From IMG/VR virus record IMGVR_UViG_3300020183_004379, positions 1-64,000 of that record: DNA of 64,000 nucleotides; one strand, given 5' to 3'. The position numbers were made by a program, and so were the translations under genes. This document shows positions 30,121-39,070 of the stretch, piece by piece. The notes beneath the pieces are model-generated. The model saw nothing but the letters and a program-made list of their open reading frames with translations, ran no database searches and had not been told where the DNA came from. Source of the DNA: a virus. Each line of letters starts with the position of its first letter. The stretch's first letter is position 1.

Positions 30121-30614
30121 ACCATGTGCCTTATGAGTAGGTCAATAGCTTTCTTTTGATCTTTAGTTTCTTCTGCAGTCAGTTCGTGCTGCACAAGTTT
30201 TTCGCTGTGTCTGTACACGCTTTCTTCGCCGTGTTCTGGCAGTTGTTCAGTAAGACCAATTAGCATGCGATAACTTTCCCATGCATGCCTAACACCTTCG
30301 TTTTGCAGCTCGGCCACGGTAGGAAAAAGATCCATCCAAACATACTCACGCGGAACCTTCATCACACCAATGCCGTTGGCACGAGGCTCAAGTATTTTTC
30401 CATTGTGAAACAATTCTAGAGCCACTGTTTCGCATGTGTGTTTGTCTAAACCATACAAATAGGTAGGTTCAGCCAGGTAACTGCCAACCACAGTTTTTAC
30501 ATGATCATCTGTTAGCATGTGTGTTCTAGCGATAATGCAAAGAACATCTTCTTGTTGGACAATGCCCTTCACAAGGTCGCGCACACATCGGCCAAAACTG
30601 AATCCAATTTTCAT
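30117..30614 (-). CDS. Hypothetical protein
   Basis: AGGAG RBS and promoter upstream. Confidence 0.75.
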   Translation of the reverse strand: MKIGFSFGRCVRDLVKGIVQQEDVLCIIARTHMLTDDHVKTVVGSYLAEPTYLYGLDKHTCETVALELFHNGKILEPRANGIGVMKVPREYVWMDLFPTVAELQNEGVRHAWESYRMLIGLTEQLPEHGEESVYRHSEKLVQHELTAEETKDQKKAIDLLIRHMV

Positions 30615-30637
30615 GACATCTCCTAGAATTTACCTGT

Positions 30638-30667
30638 AGTATAAAACAGTAGTGGCGTTTTTGTCAA
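30638..30667 (-). promoter_or_regulatory. Sigma70-like promoter TTGACA-N18-TATACT
   Basis: Read directly. Confidence 0.7.
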
Positions 30668-30668
30668 C

Positions 30669-30947
30669 CTAGGCCACAAGCCAAGCATCGTTACGAGAAA
30701 ATGGTAAAAAGATGTCTGGCACAAACACTCTTATTACCTCGAGGCCCTGAAACCATTCTACTACAAAGTGGTCGCCTGGTACTAGCCATTCTACTATTAG
30801 TTCAGGCGGAGCAGTAGGGTCTTGATTCAAAACTTTTTGCACTAGGTCTGGGTCAAACAATTTGGTTTGATCTTGATGTACGGTATACCATCCGGTTGTT
30901 GGGTTGGTCAACACAGCCACCCTGTTGTTTTTAACAAATTTATTCAT
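30669..30947 (-). CDS. Hypothetical protein
   Basis: 92 aa ORF. Confidence 0.6.
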   Translation of the reverse strand: MNKFVKNNRVAVLTNPTTGWYTVHQDQTKLFDPDLVQKVLNQDPTAPPELIVEWLVPGDHFVVEWFQGLEVIRVFVPDIFLPFSRNDAWLVA

Positions 30948-31290
30948 CGCCGAGGTTATCTAAATATTGTTTGAGATTACTAGCATGCAACTCCAGCATG
31001 ATAGCATCCTGTTCACCCATTAGTTCAATGTGTTTTCTATCACGAACAAAATACGGACTTGCTAATAATCTGTCCAATTGAAGCAATTGAAGATTGGTAA
31101 TGCTGTCCAGTTGAAATTTATAAAATTTTATTTGATTTTGCAACAGCAGACGATGCGCTGCCAGAGTAAGTCTAAGACTATTTGGGTTTAGAACATTACG
31201 CCAAATTTGGTCCGAAGGCATTTTGCCATTGGCAAACAATTGTTGTTCCCATTGTCTTTGCCTTCCAGGTTTATGGATAGATTTGATCAC
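30940..31290 (-). CDS. Hypothetical protein
   Basis: 116 aa ORF. Confidence 0.65.
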   Translation of the reverse strand: MIKSIHKPGRQRQWEQQLFANGKMPSDQIWRNVLNPNSLRLTLAAHRLLLQNQIKFYKFQLDSITNLQLLQLDRLLASPYFVRDRKHIELMGEQDAIMLELHASNLKQYLDNLGDE

Positions 31291-31558
31291 CTTGCTTGAG
31301 CAGTACCACCGAAAACTTATCAGTCTTGAAAAGGCTGTTTAATTTTTTTGCGAGATTGATGGCATGTCCGGGATTACTGAAACTGACTTTTTTATACTTT
31401 GGCCCTGGATAGGCTATAAGAATATTATGATTCTTAAGATTGATTGGTTTGCTGTCGTAGAATACCGCCCAGATGCCTTCACTGTTTAGCACTTGGTCGC
31501 TTTTGAATGTGGTCTTGTTCACATGCTCCAACAACACAACCGGTTTAGGTCTACTCAT
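31271..31558 (-). CDS. Hypothetical basic protein
   Basis: AGGA RBS; TAAATA at 31578-31583. Confidence 0.75.
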   Translation of the reverse strand: MSRPKPVVLLEHVNKTTFKSDQVLNSEGIWAVFYDSKPINLKNHNILIAYPGPKYKKVSFSNPGHAINLAKKLNSLFKTDKFSVVLLKQGDQIYP

Positions 31559-31604
31559 TTTAATTTCCTAGTAATATTATTTATCACAGAAATCTGGGCA
31601 TATA

Positions 31605-31823
31605 TTAGAACTTGCCCCCATCTAGTTGTACTTCAATTGTCTGGTTAGAATTATTTTGCAATTGAAGATGAAGCCTGGCTATTTCAGCCAGCATGGTGGT
31701 TATGTCAGCATGTAGATTATTTGCCTCCGCTGCGGTCAGACGCAGTTCAGGGGTACGCAATTGATTCAATGCACGAATTCTGTCGGAAAAATTCACAATA
31801 TGCATGGTAGGTTTATAGTCCAT
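31605..31823 (-). CDS. Hypothetical protein ending in LDGGKF
   Basis: ORF; start at MDYKPT. Confidence 0.6.
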   Translation of the reverse strand: MDYKPTMHIVNFSDRIRALNQLRTPELRLTAAEANNLHADITTMLAEIARLHLQLQNNSNQTIEVQLDGGKF

Positions 31824-32283
31824 AACACTTCCTTGCAGCCTGCAATTGTTCGTCGGCGGTGCGCCACGGTCCTTGAAAATCATATCTTTGCAAAGTTATT
31901 AATTTAGGATTGTATGCCTTGGTCCAGTTATGATTCAACTTCACAAGGTAATAACCGGCACAGTAAAAACTTTTGCTTTTATTGTTTTTGGTGTAAATTG
32001 GTAACCGTTTACTCACATCATATAATGCATTGTAAGGTTTGCCTACAGAAGGAAATCCATTTACTTCAGCAGCAGGTTTCTCTTTCTTTTTAGCAGTGGG
32101 TTTCACAAATTCCACATTGTGTTTGTTGGCCAACATCTTGATTGTGGGATACTTTTCTCTGCTGGCCGAGTCTACCCATACAATGCCATCGTTGGTGGTT
32201 TGGATAGTGGCCACTTTTTCACCATCCTTTTCCACAATCCAAAATTTATTTTTTACCACAGGGGTTGCTTTGAGTTCGGTCAT
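31813..32283 (-). CDS. Hypothetical protein
   Basis: ORF; start at MTELKA. Confidence 0.7.
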   Translation of the reverse strand: MTELKATPVVKNKFWIVEKDGEKVATIQTTNDGIVWVDSASREKYPTIKMLANKHNVEFVKPTAKKKEKPAAEVNGFPSVGKPYNALYDVSKRLPIYTKNNKSKSFYCAGYYLVKLNHNWTKAYNPKLITLQRYDFQGPWRTADEQLQAARKCYGL

Positions 32284-32290
32284 GCTGGTT

Positions 32291-32491
32291 TTACCTTGCT
32301 TTCTGTTTGTCATTTTCTGGTTCAAATTCAATGGTAAAATTAAAACTCAGTTTTCCATCTTCTACCTTGAGAGCAAATGTTTCTTGATCATTGAAATGAT
32401 TAATCATTTCATACATCTGTGTTATTTGGCCACGAGTGAGCTGTATGGTGGTAGGCTCATAGCCAAACTTTTCTTTTTTGAATTCAGTCAT
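32291..32491 (-). CDS. Small hypothetical protein
   Basis: GGAG RBS. Confidence 0.6.
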   Translation of the reverse strand: MTEFKKEKFGYEPTTIQLTRGQITQMYEMINHFNDQETFALKVEDGKLSFNFTIEFEPENDKQKAR

Positions 32492-32492
32492 G

Positions 32493-33029
32493 TCAATCTC
32501 CCTTATCTTCTTTGCATACCCAGCCTAGCTTGTATAGGTCATCGGCAATTTCTTCTGTGACTTCGCCTTCACCCACATAAGTTTTAGTGGGGTCATTACC
32601 GTGACCGTTGCCATTTCCGTCAGGACCCATGCCCGAACAATACCAGTCTATATAGTCCCCTTGCTCACGCATGTCTGCGATAATGCCGCCAGCATAGCGC
32701 CAGGAGCAGGACCAATATTCGTCTCGTAGTATGGGCATGACTTCGCGCTTTTGCCACTCTGTGTTGCACATGGCTGCGTAGAGATTCTGCGCATACGCAT
32801 CGCTTTCTCGTACCTTGGTCAAGATCCAGTCAGTGGTCAGGAGATCATACTCAAGGTTGTTTTCTCGGCTGGCGGGATCGTCAAACTTGTGTTTGTGATC
32901 TTCGAGTATGCGAGCAAACATGTTTATATAGTCTTCGTTGGGAGTTTCACCTTTTTCTTCCATGCGTTTCACATAGCCTTCTCGTTGAAAACTGTGTCGA
33001 TCAGGACTTGAGGCCGGTTTAGTCATCAT
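32493..33029 (-). CDS. Hypothetical protein
   Basis: YAQNLYAAMCN..SWRYAGGIIA..DYIDWYCSG. Confidence 0.7.
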   Translation of the reverse strand: MMTKPASSPDRHSFQREGYVKRMEEKGETPNEDYINMFARILEDHKHKFDDPASRENNLEYDLLTTDWILTKVRESDAYAQNLYAAMCNTEWQKREVMPILRDEYWSCSWRYAGGIIADMREQGDYIDWYCSGMGPDGNGNGHGNDPTKTYVGEGEVTEEIADDLYKLGWVCKEDKGD

Positions 33030-33645
33030 TTTTCTTTTTCTTTTTCTTTTTCTTGCTTTTATCGCCATCCTCGACCCAATATCCATCACCATCGGGGTAT
33101 TGGCTGTCTAGTGGACCGACACCGGTCCAGTCATTTAGCATTTCCGCTTGATCTATGGCATCTCGTATGATGCGCTCTATCAGCTGATTCAGCGTGATGT
33201 CCTGTTGATGTGCTACCTTCATCAGCTCGAACAAAACTGTTTCATCCAAGTCCAGGGGCACTTCTACTCGGGTGTCATAGTCCTCACCTGCGCGGATGGC
33301 CAGAGCCTTCTGGATAAAGTCGTCGTCGGTTTCTAGGTCCACATAGTTAACATCATCCCAGGCCTGTTTGGGATCGACCTTGCGATCGAGAGCTTCATCG
33401 TCGTGCGCTGCCTTGTAATCGGGATTGATCATGCGATAGGCACGCTGATTTTTGAAATCACAGGCTTCAACAGTGTAGACCACCTGTGTGTTGGAATCAA
33501 ACACGATGTTAAAACTACAGCCATCGTGGTCTCCGTTCCAAGAACTGAGGCCGAAGGCGTTATCTCCAAAACACTGCCACAGGTAATTGTCGCCTTCAGT
33601 GATGCGATATTCTACCAGTTCCATCCATTCTTTGAGAGTGATCAT
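33019..33645 (-). CDS. Hypothetical protein with possible C-terminal ribbon-helix-helix
   Basis: VPLDLD..LFELMK.AH..DITLNQLIE pattern. Confidence 0.65.
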   Translation of the reverse strand: MITLKEWMELVEYRITEGDNYLWQCFGDNAFGLSSWNGDHDGCSFNIVFDSNTQVVYTVEACDFKNQRAYRMINPDYKAAHDDEALDRKVDPKQAWDDVNYVDLETDDDFIQKALAIRAGEDYDTRVEVPLDLDETVLFELMKVAHQQDITLNQLIERIIRDAIDQAEMLNDWTGVGPLDSQYPDGDGYWVEDGDKSKKKKKKKKNDD

Positions 33646-33866
33646 TGCAAGTACCTTCCTTTGGAGTCTAGTGCGTTGACGAGTTTTTCTGCTTGGTCGG
33701 GCTCCAGATCGTCCCAATCCACCGGTTGGCTCATGGCCCGGATCTCCTCGGCTGTTTTACCTTCAAACATCTGCACGATTTCTTCCATGGCTTGATCCAA
33801 CTCTTCCTGAGTACCTTCAAAGTTTTCAAAAAACGCAGGATCAAAAACGATTTTAGGTGTGCTCAT
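33642..33866 (-). CDS. Small acidic hypothetical protein
   Basis: Coupled ORF. Confidence 0.65.
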   Translation of the reverse strand: MSTPKIVFDPAFFENFEGTQEELDQAMEEIVQMFEGKTAEEIRAMSQPVDWDDLEPDQAEKLVNALDSKGRYLQ

Positions 33867-34090
33867 TCTTCAACTCCCATTTGTGCCCTAATGCGATTAT
33901 ATGCCATTGCTATTCCTGCTTGAAATCCTTTATCAAAATCATCTTCGTTACCTAACCCATCCCCTTGTTTGATAATTGACATACATTCCCTAACAATCAA
34001 CTCGGCGAACTTTTCTGAGTTAAACCAAGAAGGGCCATACTGTCGAGGTTCCCAACATTGGGATTCAAGTTCTTTAATTCGTTCGTTCAT
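33863..34090 (-). CDS. Small hypothetical protein (EKFAELIV family, copy 1)
   Basis: MNERIKEL..EKFAELIVREC..GVEE. Confidence 0.7.
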   Translation of the reverse strand: MNERIKELESQCWEPRQYGPSWFNSEKFAELIVRECMSIIKQGDGLGNEDDFDKGFQAGIAMAYNRIRAQMGVEE

Positions 34091-34290
34091 TCTTCAACTC
34101 CGAAATGTTGTTTGATCTTGTCGCTGGGGTAGTTCTCACCATTGTCTTCGTTATTCACCCAATCATCGGCGATCCTAGAACACTCCCCGACGATCAACTC
34201 GGCAAACTTTTCTTGTATTTGCGGATTGATATCAGGATAGTGTGATCCACCTGCTTGTAACTGTAATTTTCTCAACAACTCTTTGTTCAT
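34087..34290 (-). CDS. Small hypothetical protein (EKFAELIV family, copy 2)
   Basis: EKFAELIVGEC..FGVEE. Confidence 0.7.
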   Translation of the reverse strand: MNKELLRKLQLQAGGSHYPDINPQIQEKFAELIVGECSRIADDWVNNEDNGENYPSDKIKQHFGVEE

Positions 34291-35282
34291 GTTTTCTCCG
34301 GATAGCCAGCATTCAAAAAGTCTACATACCGCTGTGCCTGGTCACCAATTTTTACAAGATTGTGTTTACCGCAAAACTTCATGAACTTAACTCCAATCTG
34401 TGGAATAGTTTTTGTCACAGAATTGATAGCAATGGTTTCTGCCATCCAACTCTTCACATGATTAGGTTGCGCAGTAAGATCAATCAAGGTGCGATTGCGT
34501 TCGTAATCATCCAACACGCGATGTTCAATTTCATTATGGTCAACCCAGCGTTGCAACATGAGATTGTTCCAATTGAAACCTTTACGGTCCATGTCGGCAA
34601 ATGCTTCTTGCAGGCCTACTTTGTTCTTGCTGCCTTTTACTCGCACACCTGGATAGGCCGAAAACACATTGTCACTCACATCACCACGCATGCACTTCTC
34701 AAACAGCAGCCATTTTGGATCAGGAATAACCTTGGGTTCCTTGGTCTTCTTGTCTATCACACGCCGGCCTTTGTAGTCAAAGATGCCTTCCGGTGTGTGA
34801 AGTTCGTCCGACACTCCATTGTACTGTGTGACATTGTCTGCTAACAGTTGATAGTAGTCTGTGTCGCTGCTCACAATCACATGATTGTCTGCGGGATGAC
34901 TTTGTATCCAGCCTGCCACAAGATCATCTGCTTCAAGGTTCTCGTGACGCAAGACTGTGCAGTTGGACTTTTCGTAGAAGAATGTTTTGAGATCGTCAAA
35001 GGCCTGCCAAAATGCACGATCTTCTTCTAGTTCGGCATCGGTGAGTGCCGCACGAGCCACAGCACGATTTTTCTTGTAGGGAGTGTAGTAGTCCTTGCGC
35101 CAGCTTCTACCCTCAAGGCAGATAACCACATGATTGGCCTTTTGATCACGCCAGGCCTTGTAGATACTGGATAAAGTCACATGAATAGCAAAGCCTACTT
35201 TTTCTTCCAGTGTGCTGGCTCTATGGGCTGCATGGCGAGCCCGAAAGAATGTGTTAGCAGTATCGACAATCAAGTAGTTCAT
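34287..35282 (-). CDS. rnh: T4-type RNase H / 5'-3' flap exonuclease
   Basis: LIVD, SWRKDYY..YKKNR, EADD, SSDTD..QL, GDVSDN. Confidence 0.9.
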   Translation of the reverse strand: MNYLIVDTANTFFRARHAAHRASTLEEKVGFAIHVTLSSIYKAWRDQKANHVVICLEGRSWRKDYYTPYKKNRAVARAALTDAELEEDRAFWQAFDDLKTFFYEKSNCTVLRHENLEADDLVAGWIQSHPADNHVIVSSDTDYYQLLADNVTQYNGVSDELHTPEGIFDYKGRRVIDKKTKEPKVIPDPKWLLFEKCMRGDVSDNVFSAYPGVRVKGSKNKVGLQEAFADMDRKGFNWNNLMLQRWVDHNEIEHRVLDDYERNRTLIDLTAQPNHVKSWMAETIAINSVTKTIPQIGVKFMKFCGKHNLVKIGDQAQRYVDFLNAGYPEKT

Positions 35283-35288
35283 GGAGTA

Positions 35289-35317
35289 ATAATAGCACTT
35301 TATTTATTCCATGTCAA
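35289..35317 (-). promoter_or_regulatory. Sigma70-like promoter TTGACA-N17-TATTAT with nested TAAATA
   Basis: Read directly. Confidence 0.65.
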
Positions 35318-35332
35318 CCACTAAATTTGGAG

Positions 35333-35746
35333 TCAGCTCACTTCGGTCCTGCCGTTGCCCAAATCTTTGCGTTGCAGTGTGAGTCTATCTTCTCTGGGCT
35401 GATTGGCTTCCCACTGTTCGAAATTTTCCATGACCACATTTCGGCAAATGTCCTGGAACCAGCGGTCCACAATTTGGGCATCATCGTTGCCTGTGTAACC
35501 TGCTCTTACAAGTTTAGCAACAAAATATTCGTTCCAGTCCAGTTCAAATGCTCCGTTGCCGGGATTGGTGTCGTCCAATTCAACACCAATCACAGCCACA
35601 TAAGGCTCTTTCTTTCTTGTGGCCACAGCCTTGGGATCTCTGGCTTTGGCCGTTACCTTGAGTGGAATAGTTTTGGCAACAACTTTCTTGGTATCTTTTT
35701 TGGGTGCTGCTTTTTTTGCAGCACCTGTTTTCTTAGCAGTGGCCAT
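35333..35746 (-). CDS. Hypothetical protein with Lys/Ala-rich N-terminus
   Basis: FELDWN motif; coupled to queE. Confidence 0.7.
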   Translation of the reverse strand: MATAKKTGAAKKAAPKKDTKKVVAKTIPLKVTAKARDPKAVATRKKEPYVAVIGVELDDTNPGNGAFELDWNEYFVAKLVRAGYTGNDDAQIVDRWFQDICRNVVMENFEQWEANQPREDRLTLQRKDLGNGRTEVS

Positions 35747-35748
35747 GT

Positions 35749-36645
35749 TTATTTGCCCCAGCCATTGCCCCACAAGTCTACATGCAGACGTGGGCTGTAA
35801 TTATAGCCTAGATTCAATGCAAATTCGGCAATGTCTTTTTTATGAACATCGTATAACTCGGTAGTGCCGCCAACTGGCATAATATAAACTTGTCCCATAA
35901 ACCCAGCATTACGGTACTCATTTACAGCTCGCTCAACTTCTAACATTGCGTCATGTGTGCCTACAACAAATTTTAAGTATGTCATTCCAAACTGCTGATA
36001 TTCAGTGATAATTTCTGGTTTGATAGCATCCTGCCATTTTTCACCACTACCACTTAGCTTAGGACTAACAGAAAATTGCATCTCTCTCCAACGACCAATG
36101 TATTGTTGGTGATCGTCTTCGGTGGTACCACGCCAAACAGTATGCCATTGCTCGATATATGCTTTGAACTCTTCGTCAAGATGTTGTGTTCCATTTGTTT
36201 CAAAAGTAATATAATCTAGATCGATCATTCTAGGATGTTCTAATAGGTCTGGGTATGCACGTTGCCAACCCAGCAGTGGCTCACCGCCTGTGATCACCAG
36301 ATGTACAGGATTGCCTGAATACTGATGCCAACGATTGTTTGGTGTTAGTTCCAACATTCTCTCAACAACGGCGTCGGTTTCTAGCATGGGACTGAGATCT
36401 TTGAATCGTGGATCCCAGCTGGCATAGCTATCGCAACCTGTATGCACAAGGGGCAAGCTGTTAAATGTTTTATACTTGCTGGGGTCTACGGCATCACGCT
36501 CAATACTAATTTCTCCATGCGGCATGCCAAATCCACCGCATGTAAAGTTGCAACCAAACGTGCGTAAGAACACGCTAGGCACACCAACATAACGACCTTC
36601 GCCCTGCAGGCTATAAAATATTTCACTGATTTTGATTTTGCTCAT
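35749..36645 (-). CDS. queE: 7-carboxy-7-deazaguanine synthase (radical SAM)
   Basis: EIFYSLQGEG..G.PSVFLRTFGCN, GCDS, ITGGEP, ETNGT, SVSPK, RLHVDLWG. Confidence 0.9.
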   Translation of the reverse strand: MSKIKISEIFYSLQGEGRYVGVPSVFLRTFGCNFTCGGFGMPHGEISIERDAVDPSKYKTFNSLPLVHTGCDSYASWDPRFKDLSPMLETDAVVERMLELTPNNRWHQYSGNPVHLVITGGEPLLGWQRAYPDLLEHPRMIDLDYITFETNGTQHLDEEFKAYIEQWHTVWRGTTEDDHQQYIGRWREMQFSVSPKLSGSGEKWQDAIKPEIITEYQQFGMTYLKFVVGTHDAMLEVERAVNEYRNAGFMGQVYIMPVGGTTELYDVHKKDIAEFALNLGYNYSPRLHVDLWGNGWGK

Positions 36646-37508
36646 TTTATTTCCTCAAGTATCTTATTATACAATGTTTCAAAGTTGGCGTCAAGCCATT
36701 GCTCTACTGACAGTGGATTCCAATCTGGTAACACTGATAATAGTTTATTTAGATTGGCACGACTCTCCCATTGATATTTTTCAATCATGTGATCTGGCAT
36801 GGGAGTCACATACACCTGCACAGATTCTATACCAAACTGCTTTTGCACCATTCGTGCTATGTCTTCGAAAGTCAGTTGTTGCCCGGTACCAATGTTATAC
36901 ACGCCACTCACACCAAGATCTTTGAGACGCAGCATGGCATGGATGCAATCGTCCACGCTGATAAAATCTCTTGAGCCTAGTTTGCCATTGTGATGCCAAA
37001 CCATGAGTTTGCGTGTTGTGGCAGCACTTTCGATGTATCTACGCACAGGACTAGGTTGATTTTTATGCCCTTCATTGCGACCATACACATTGAAGAATCG
37101 CATGCCCTGCACAGGCACTTTGAACCGTTGCTCGGCACACCACATGTCAATGGTAATTTTGCTCACACCATAAGGATGCTGTGGTTGGAATGGTCCCCAC
37201 TCAGGACTGTTGCTCCATGGACCATACACACTGGCACTTGATGCATAGGTAATGCCGCATCCATGCTGTTCAGCAAAACGAACCCAGGCCTGTGTGTCTT
37301 GGATATTTTTCCTTACCAGCGCATCCCAGTCAAACACATTGGTTTCACTGATAGCACCCATATGAAATATCCATTCAATGGGTTCGGTAGCAGTCCAGGT
37401 CTTGCCGCGGTCTGCCCAATCAAGCGAATGAACTGTGTGTCCTTGATCTATTAGATGCTTCTTTAGCTCGCTACCAATAAAGCCTCTATCGCCTGTAACA
37501 ATTATCAT
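36642..37508 (-). CDS. Nucleotide-sugar epimerase, ADP-heptose 6-epimerase (HldD/RfaD)-like
   Basis: MIIVTGDRGFIG, HMGAIS, YASSASVYG, YGVSK, RFFNVYG.NE.HK, RDFI. Confidence 0.8.
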   Translation of the reverse strand: MIIVTGDRGFIGSELKKHLIDQGHTVHSLDWADRGKTWTATEPIEWIFHMGAISETNVFDWDALVRKNIQDTQAWVRFAEQHGCGITYASSASVYGPWSNSPEWGPFQPQHPYGVSKITIDMWCAEQRFKVPVQGMRFFNVYGRNEGHKNQPSPVRRYIESAATTRKLMVWHHNGKLGSRDFISVDDCIHAMLRLKDLGVSGVYNIGTGQQLTFEDIARMVQKQFGIESVQVYVTPMPDHMIEKYQWESRANLNKLLSVLPDWNPLSVEQWLDANFETLYNKILEEIK

Positions 37509-37948
37509 CAGTCTATGTCTCCGCCTTCGCTGTCACCAACTAATGCTGCGTCTGGCGTTGGTGTCTTTCTATAGTTGCCCTTGCCCGGAATAGTATTGCG
37601 TACACCGCCCACCGGGTCCGGTACATCGCCTTTTCTACGGGGTATAAGATGGATATGAGGCCATGGCACAGTTTGTCCCGCAGCTTCGCCATAATTAAAT
37701 CCAATGTTGAAACCATCCCATTCTCCTGAATCTACCATGCGTTTGCCATAATCAAATGCATCTTCAAAGGCTTCTTTGAGTATGCTGGTACTATTATACT
37801 GCGGAACAAACAGCAAGTGTCCTGGCGTACAGGGGTATTTGTCGTTGAATACTGCTATGTGGAAGTCTTTTCTTACAGTGTCATCCCATGGAGCATTGCT
37901 GTCTTCAATATGATCTGGCCCATTAAATATGCGTTTGTATATGGTCAT
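37508..37948 (-). CDS. HIT family nucleotide hydrolase
   Basis: YPCTPGHLLFVP, GFNIGFN.G.AAGQTV.WPHIHLIPR. Confidence 0.9.
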   Translation of the reverse strand: MTIYKRIFNGPDHIEDSNAPWDDTVRKDFHIAVFNDKYPCTPGHLLFVPQYNSTSILKEAFEDAFDYGKRMVDSGEWDGFNIGFNYGEAAGQTVPWPHIHLIPRRKGDVPDPVGGVRNTIPGKGNYRKTPTPDAALVGDSEGGDID

Positions 37949-37950
37949 GA

Positions 37951-38496
37951 TTATCCTTCGTAGATGGCACTGTTGCCAGCGTGTTCAAACACTTCAACAC
38001 TAATTAATTTAACTCTTTGGTGATCGTCGCCTAGCAAGTTTTGGTATTTGTTGGTTGGATCAGCAGCTAGCCATTGTGCAACATATTTGTAAACAAATTC
38101 TGAAAATGCCTCGCATCCCACAGCAGGAACAATTCGCAAATCAATTACACCTTGATTATGGTATGGGTTTTTCTGAACTTCATCTGGGTTGCCATCAACC
38201 TCGGCCATGCGACTCCACCCTGCCATTTGTTTGAAACGATCCAGTAGCGGATCATCTTCAGCGATAACGGTGGTATGATCAAACTGTGTGTCCAGCCAAG
38301 TCTTGATTTCTTTGAGTCCGCCAAAGTCTTGAACCCAATTGCGTTCGTCCAGTTGTTCGGCTTCAAACACAAAACGGAAACCTAAACTGTAGCCATGCAT
38401 GAGACTGCAATGGCTGTGAGTGGCCTGCCACTGTCTGAAACAGCATGAATAGCCGCGATCGTTGCCGTATGTTTTTGTTGAAAAATGTCTTGCCAT
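37951..38496 (-). CDS. queD: 6-carboxy-5,6,7,8-tetrahydropterin synthase
   Basis: HCSLMHGYS, DFGGLK, FDHT, EVFEH; T-fold. Confidence 0.85.
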   Translation of the reverse strand: MARHFSTKTYGNDRGYSCCFRQWQATHSHCSLMHGYSLGFRFVFEAEQLDERNWVQDFGGLKEIKTWLDTQFDHTTVIAEDDPLLDRFKQMAGWSRMAEVDGNPDEVQKNPYHNQGVIDLRIVPAVGCEAFSEFVYKYVAQWLAADPTNKYQNLLGDDHQRVKLISVEVFEHAGNSAIYEG

Positions 38497-38572
38497 GGTA
38501 CTTCTCCTATGTTAAAGTTTAGCATAGGCGGCAGAGTTTGTAAAGCGGGATGACGCCGAAAGACCGCTGGTT
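38497..38572 (-). ncRNA. Candidate cis-regulatory pseudoknot leader of queD
   Basis: P1 AGCGG/CCGCT; loop CGGCG pairs with downstream TGCCG; CCTATG/CATAGG hairpin covers the AGGAG RBS. Confidence 0.55.
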
Positions 38573-39070
38573 TTATTTCTCGCTTGGACCTTTGCGGTCA
38601 TCTGGAATACTGTCAAACGCTCCTTCTTTGGCCAATTTGCTTTTGATTTCTTCAGCACTGGCCACTCGTTGGCGTAATTCACTGGAACTGAAACTGTGGT
38701 CACGGCCATTAAAGAACAAGTCAATGCCACGCTTGTGACAAATTTCTCGCCCTGTGAACTCTTTGCCTTCGTATTCTACTCCTAGAATACGCACATCAAT
38801 TGGCAGTATCAGCAGCAGATCCTCTAGATCCTTTTCAGTATTGTACACCCAAACCTCATCAACATACTTACAGGCAACAAGTTGCAGTTGCCGTTCCACA
38901 ATACTCTGCACAGGTTTGTTCTTGCTAGGACGATCCAGTGTTGGATCATTCTGCAAAGCGCAGATAAGATATTCACAATGTTCTTTTGCTTCTTTCAACA
39001 TAGCCACATGCCCTGCATGTAGTAAATCAAATGTGCTTGCGGTAAATCCTATTTTTTTGCCATTAATCAT
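38573..39070 (-). CDS. Cytidylyltransferase (TagD/HldE-like HxGH nucleotidyltransferase)
   Basis: FDLLHAGH, ER..QL.A.KYVDEV, SSSELR. Confidence 0.88.
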   Translation of the reverse strand: MINGKKIGFTASTFDLLHAGHVAMLKEAKEHCEYLICALQNDPTLDRPSKNKPVQSIVERQLQLVACKYVDEVWVYNTEKDLEDLLLILPIDVRILGVEYEGKEFTGREICHKRGIDLFFNGRDHSFSSSELRQRVASAEEIKSKLAKEGAFDSIPDDRKGPSEK

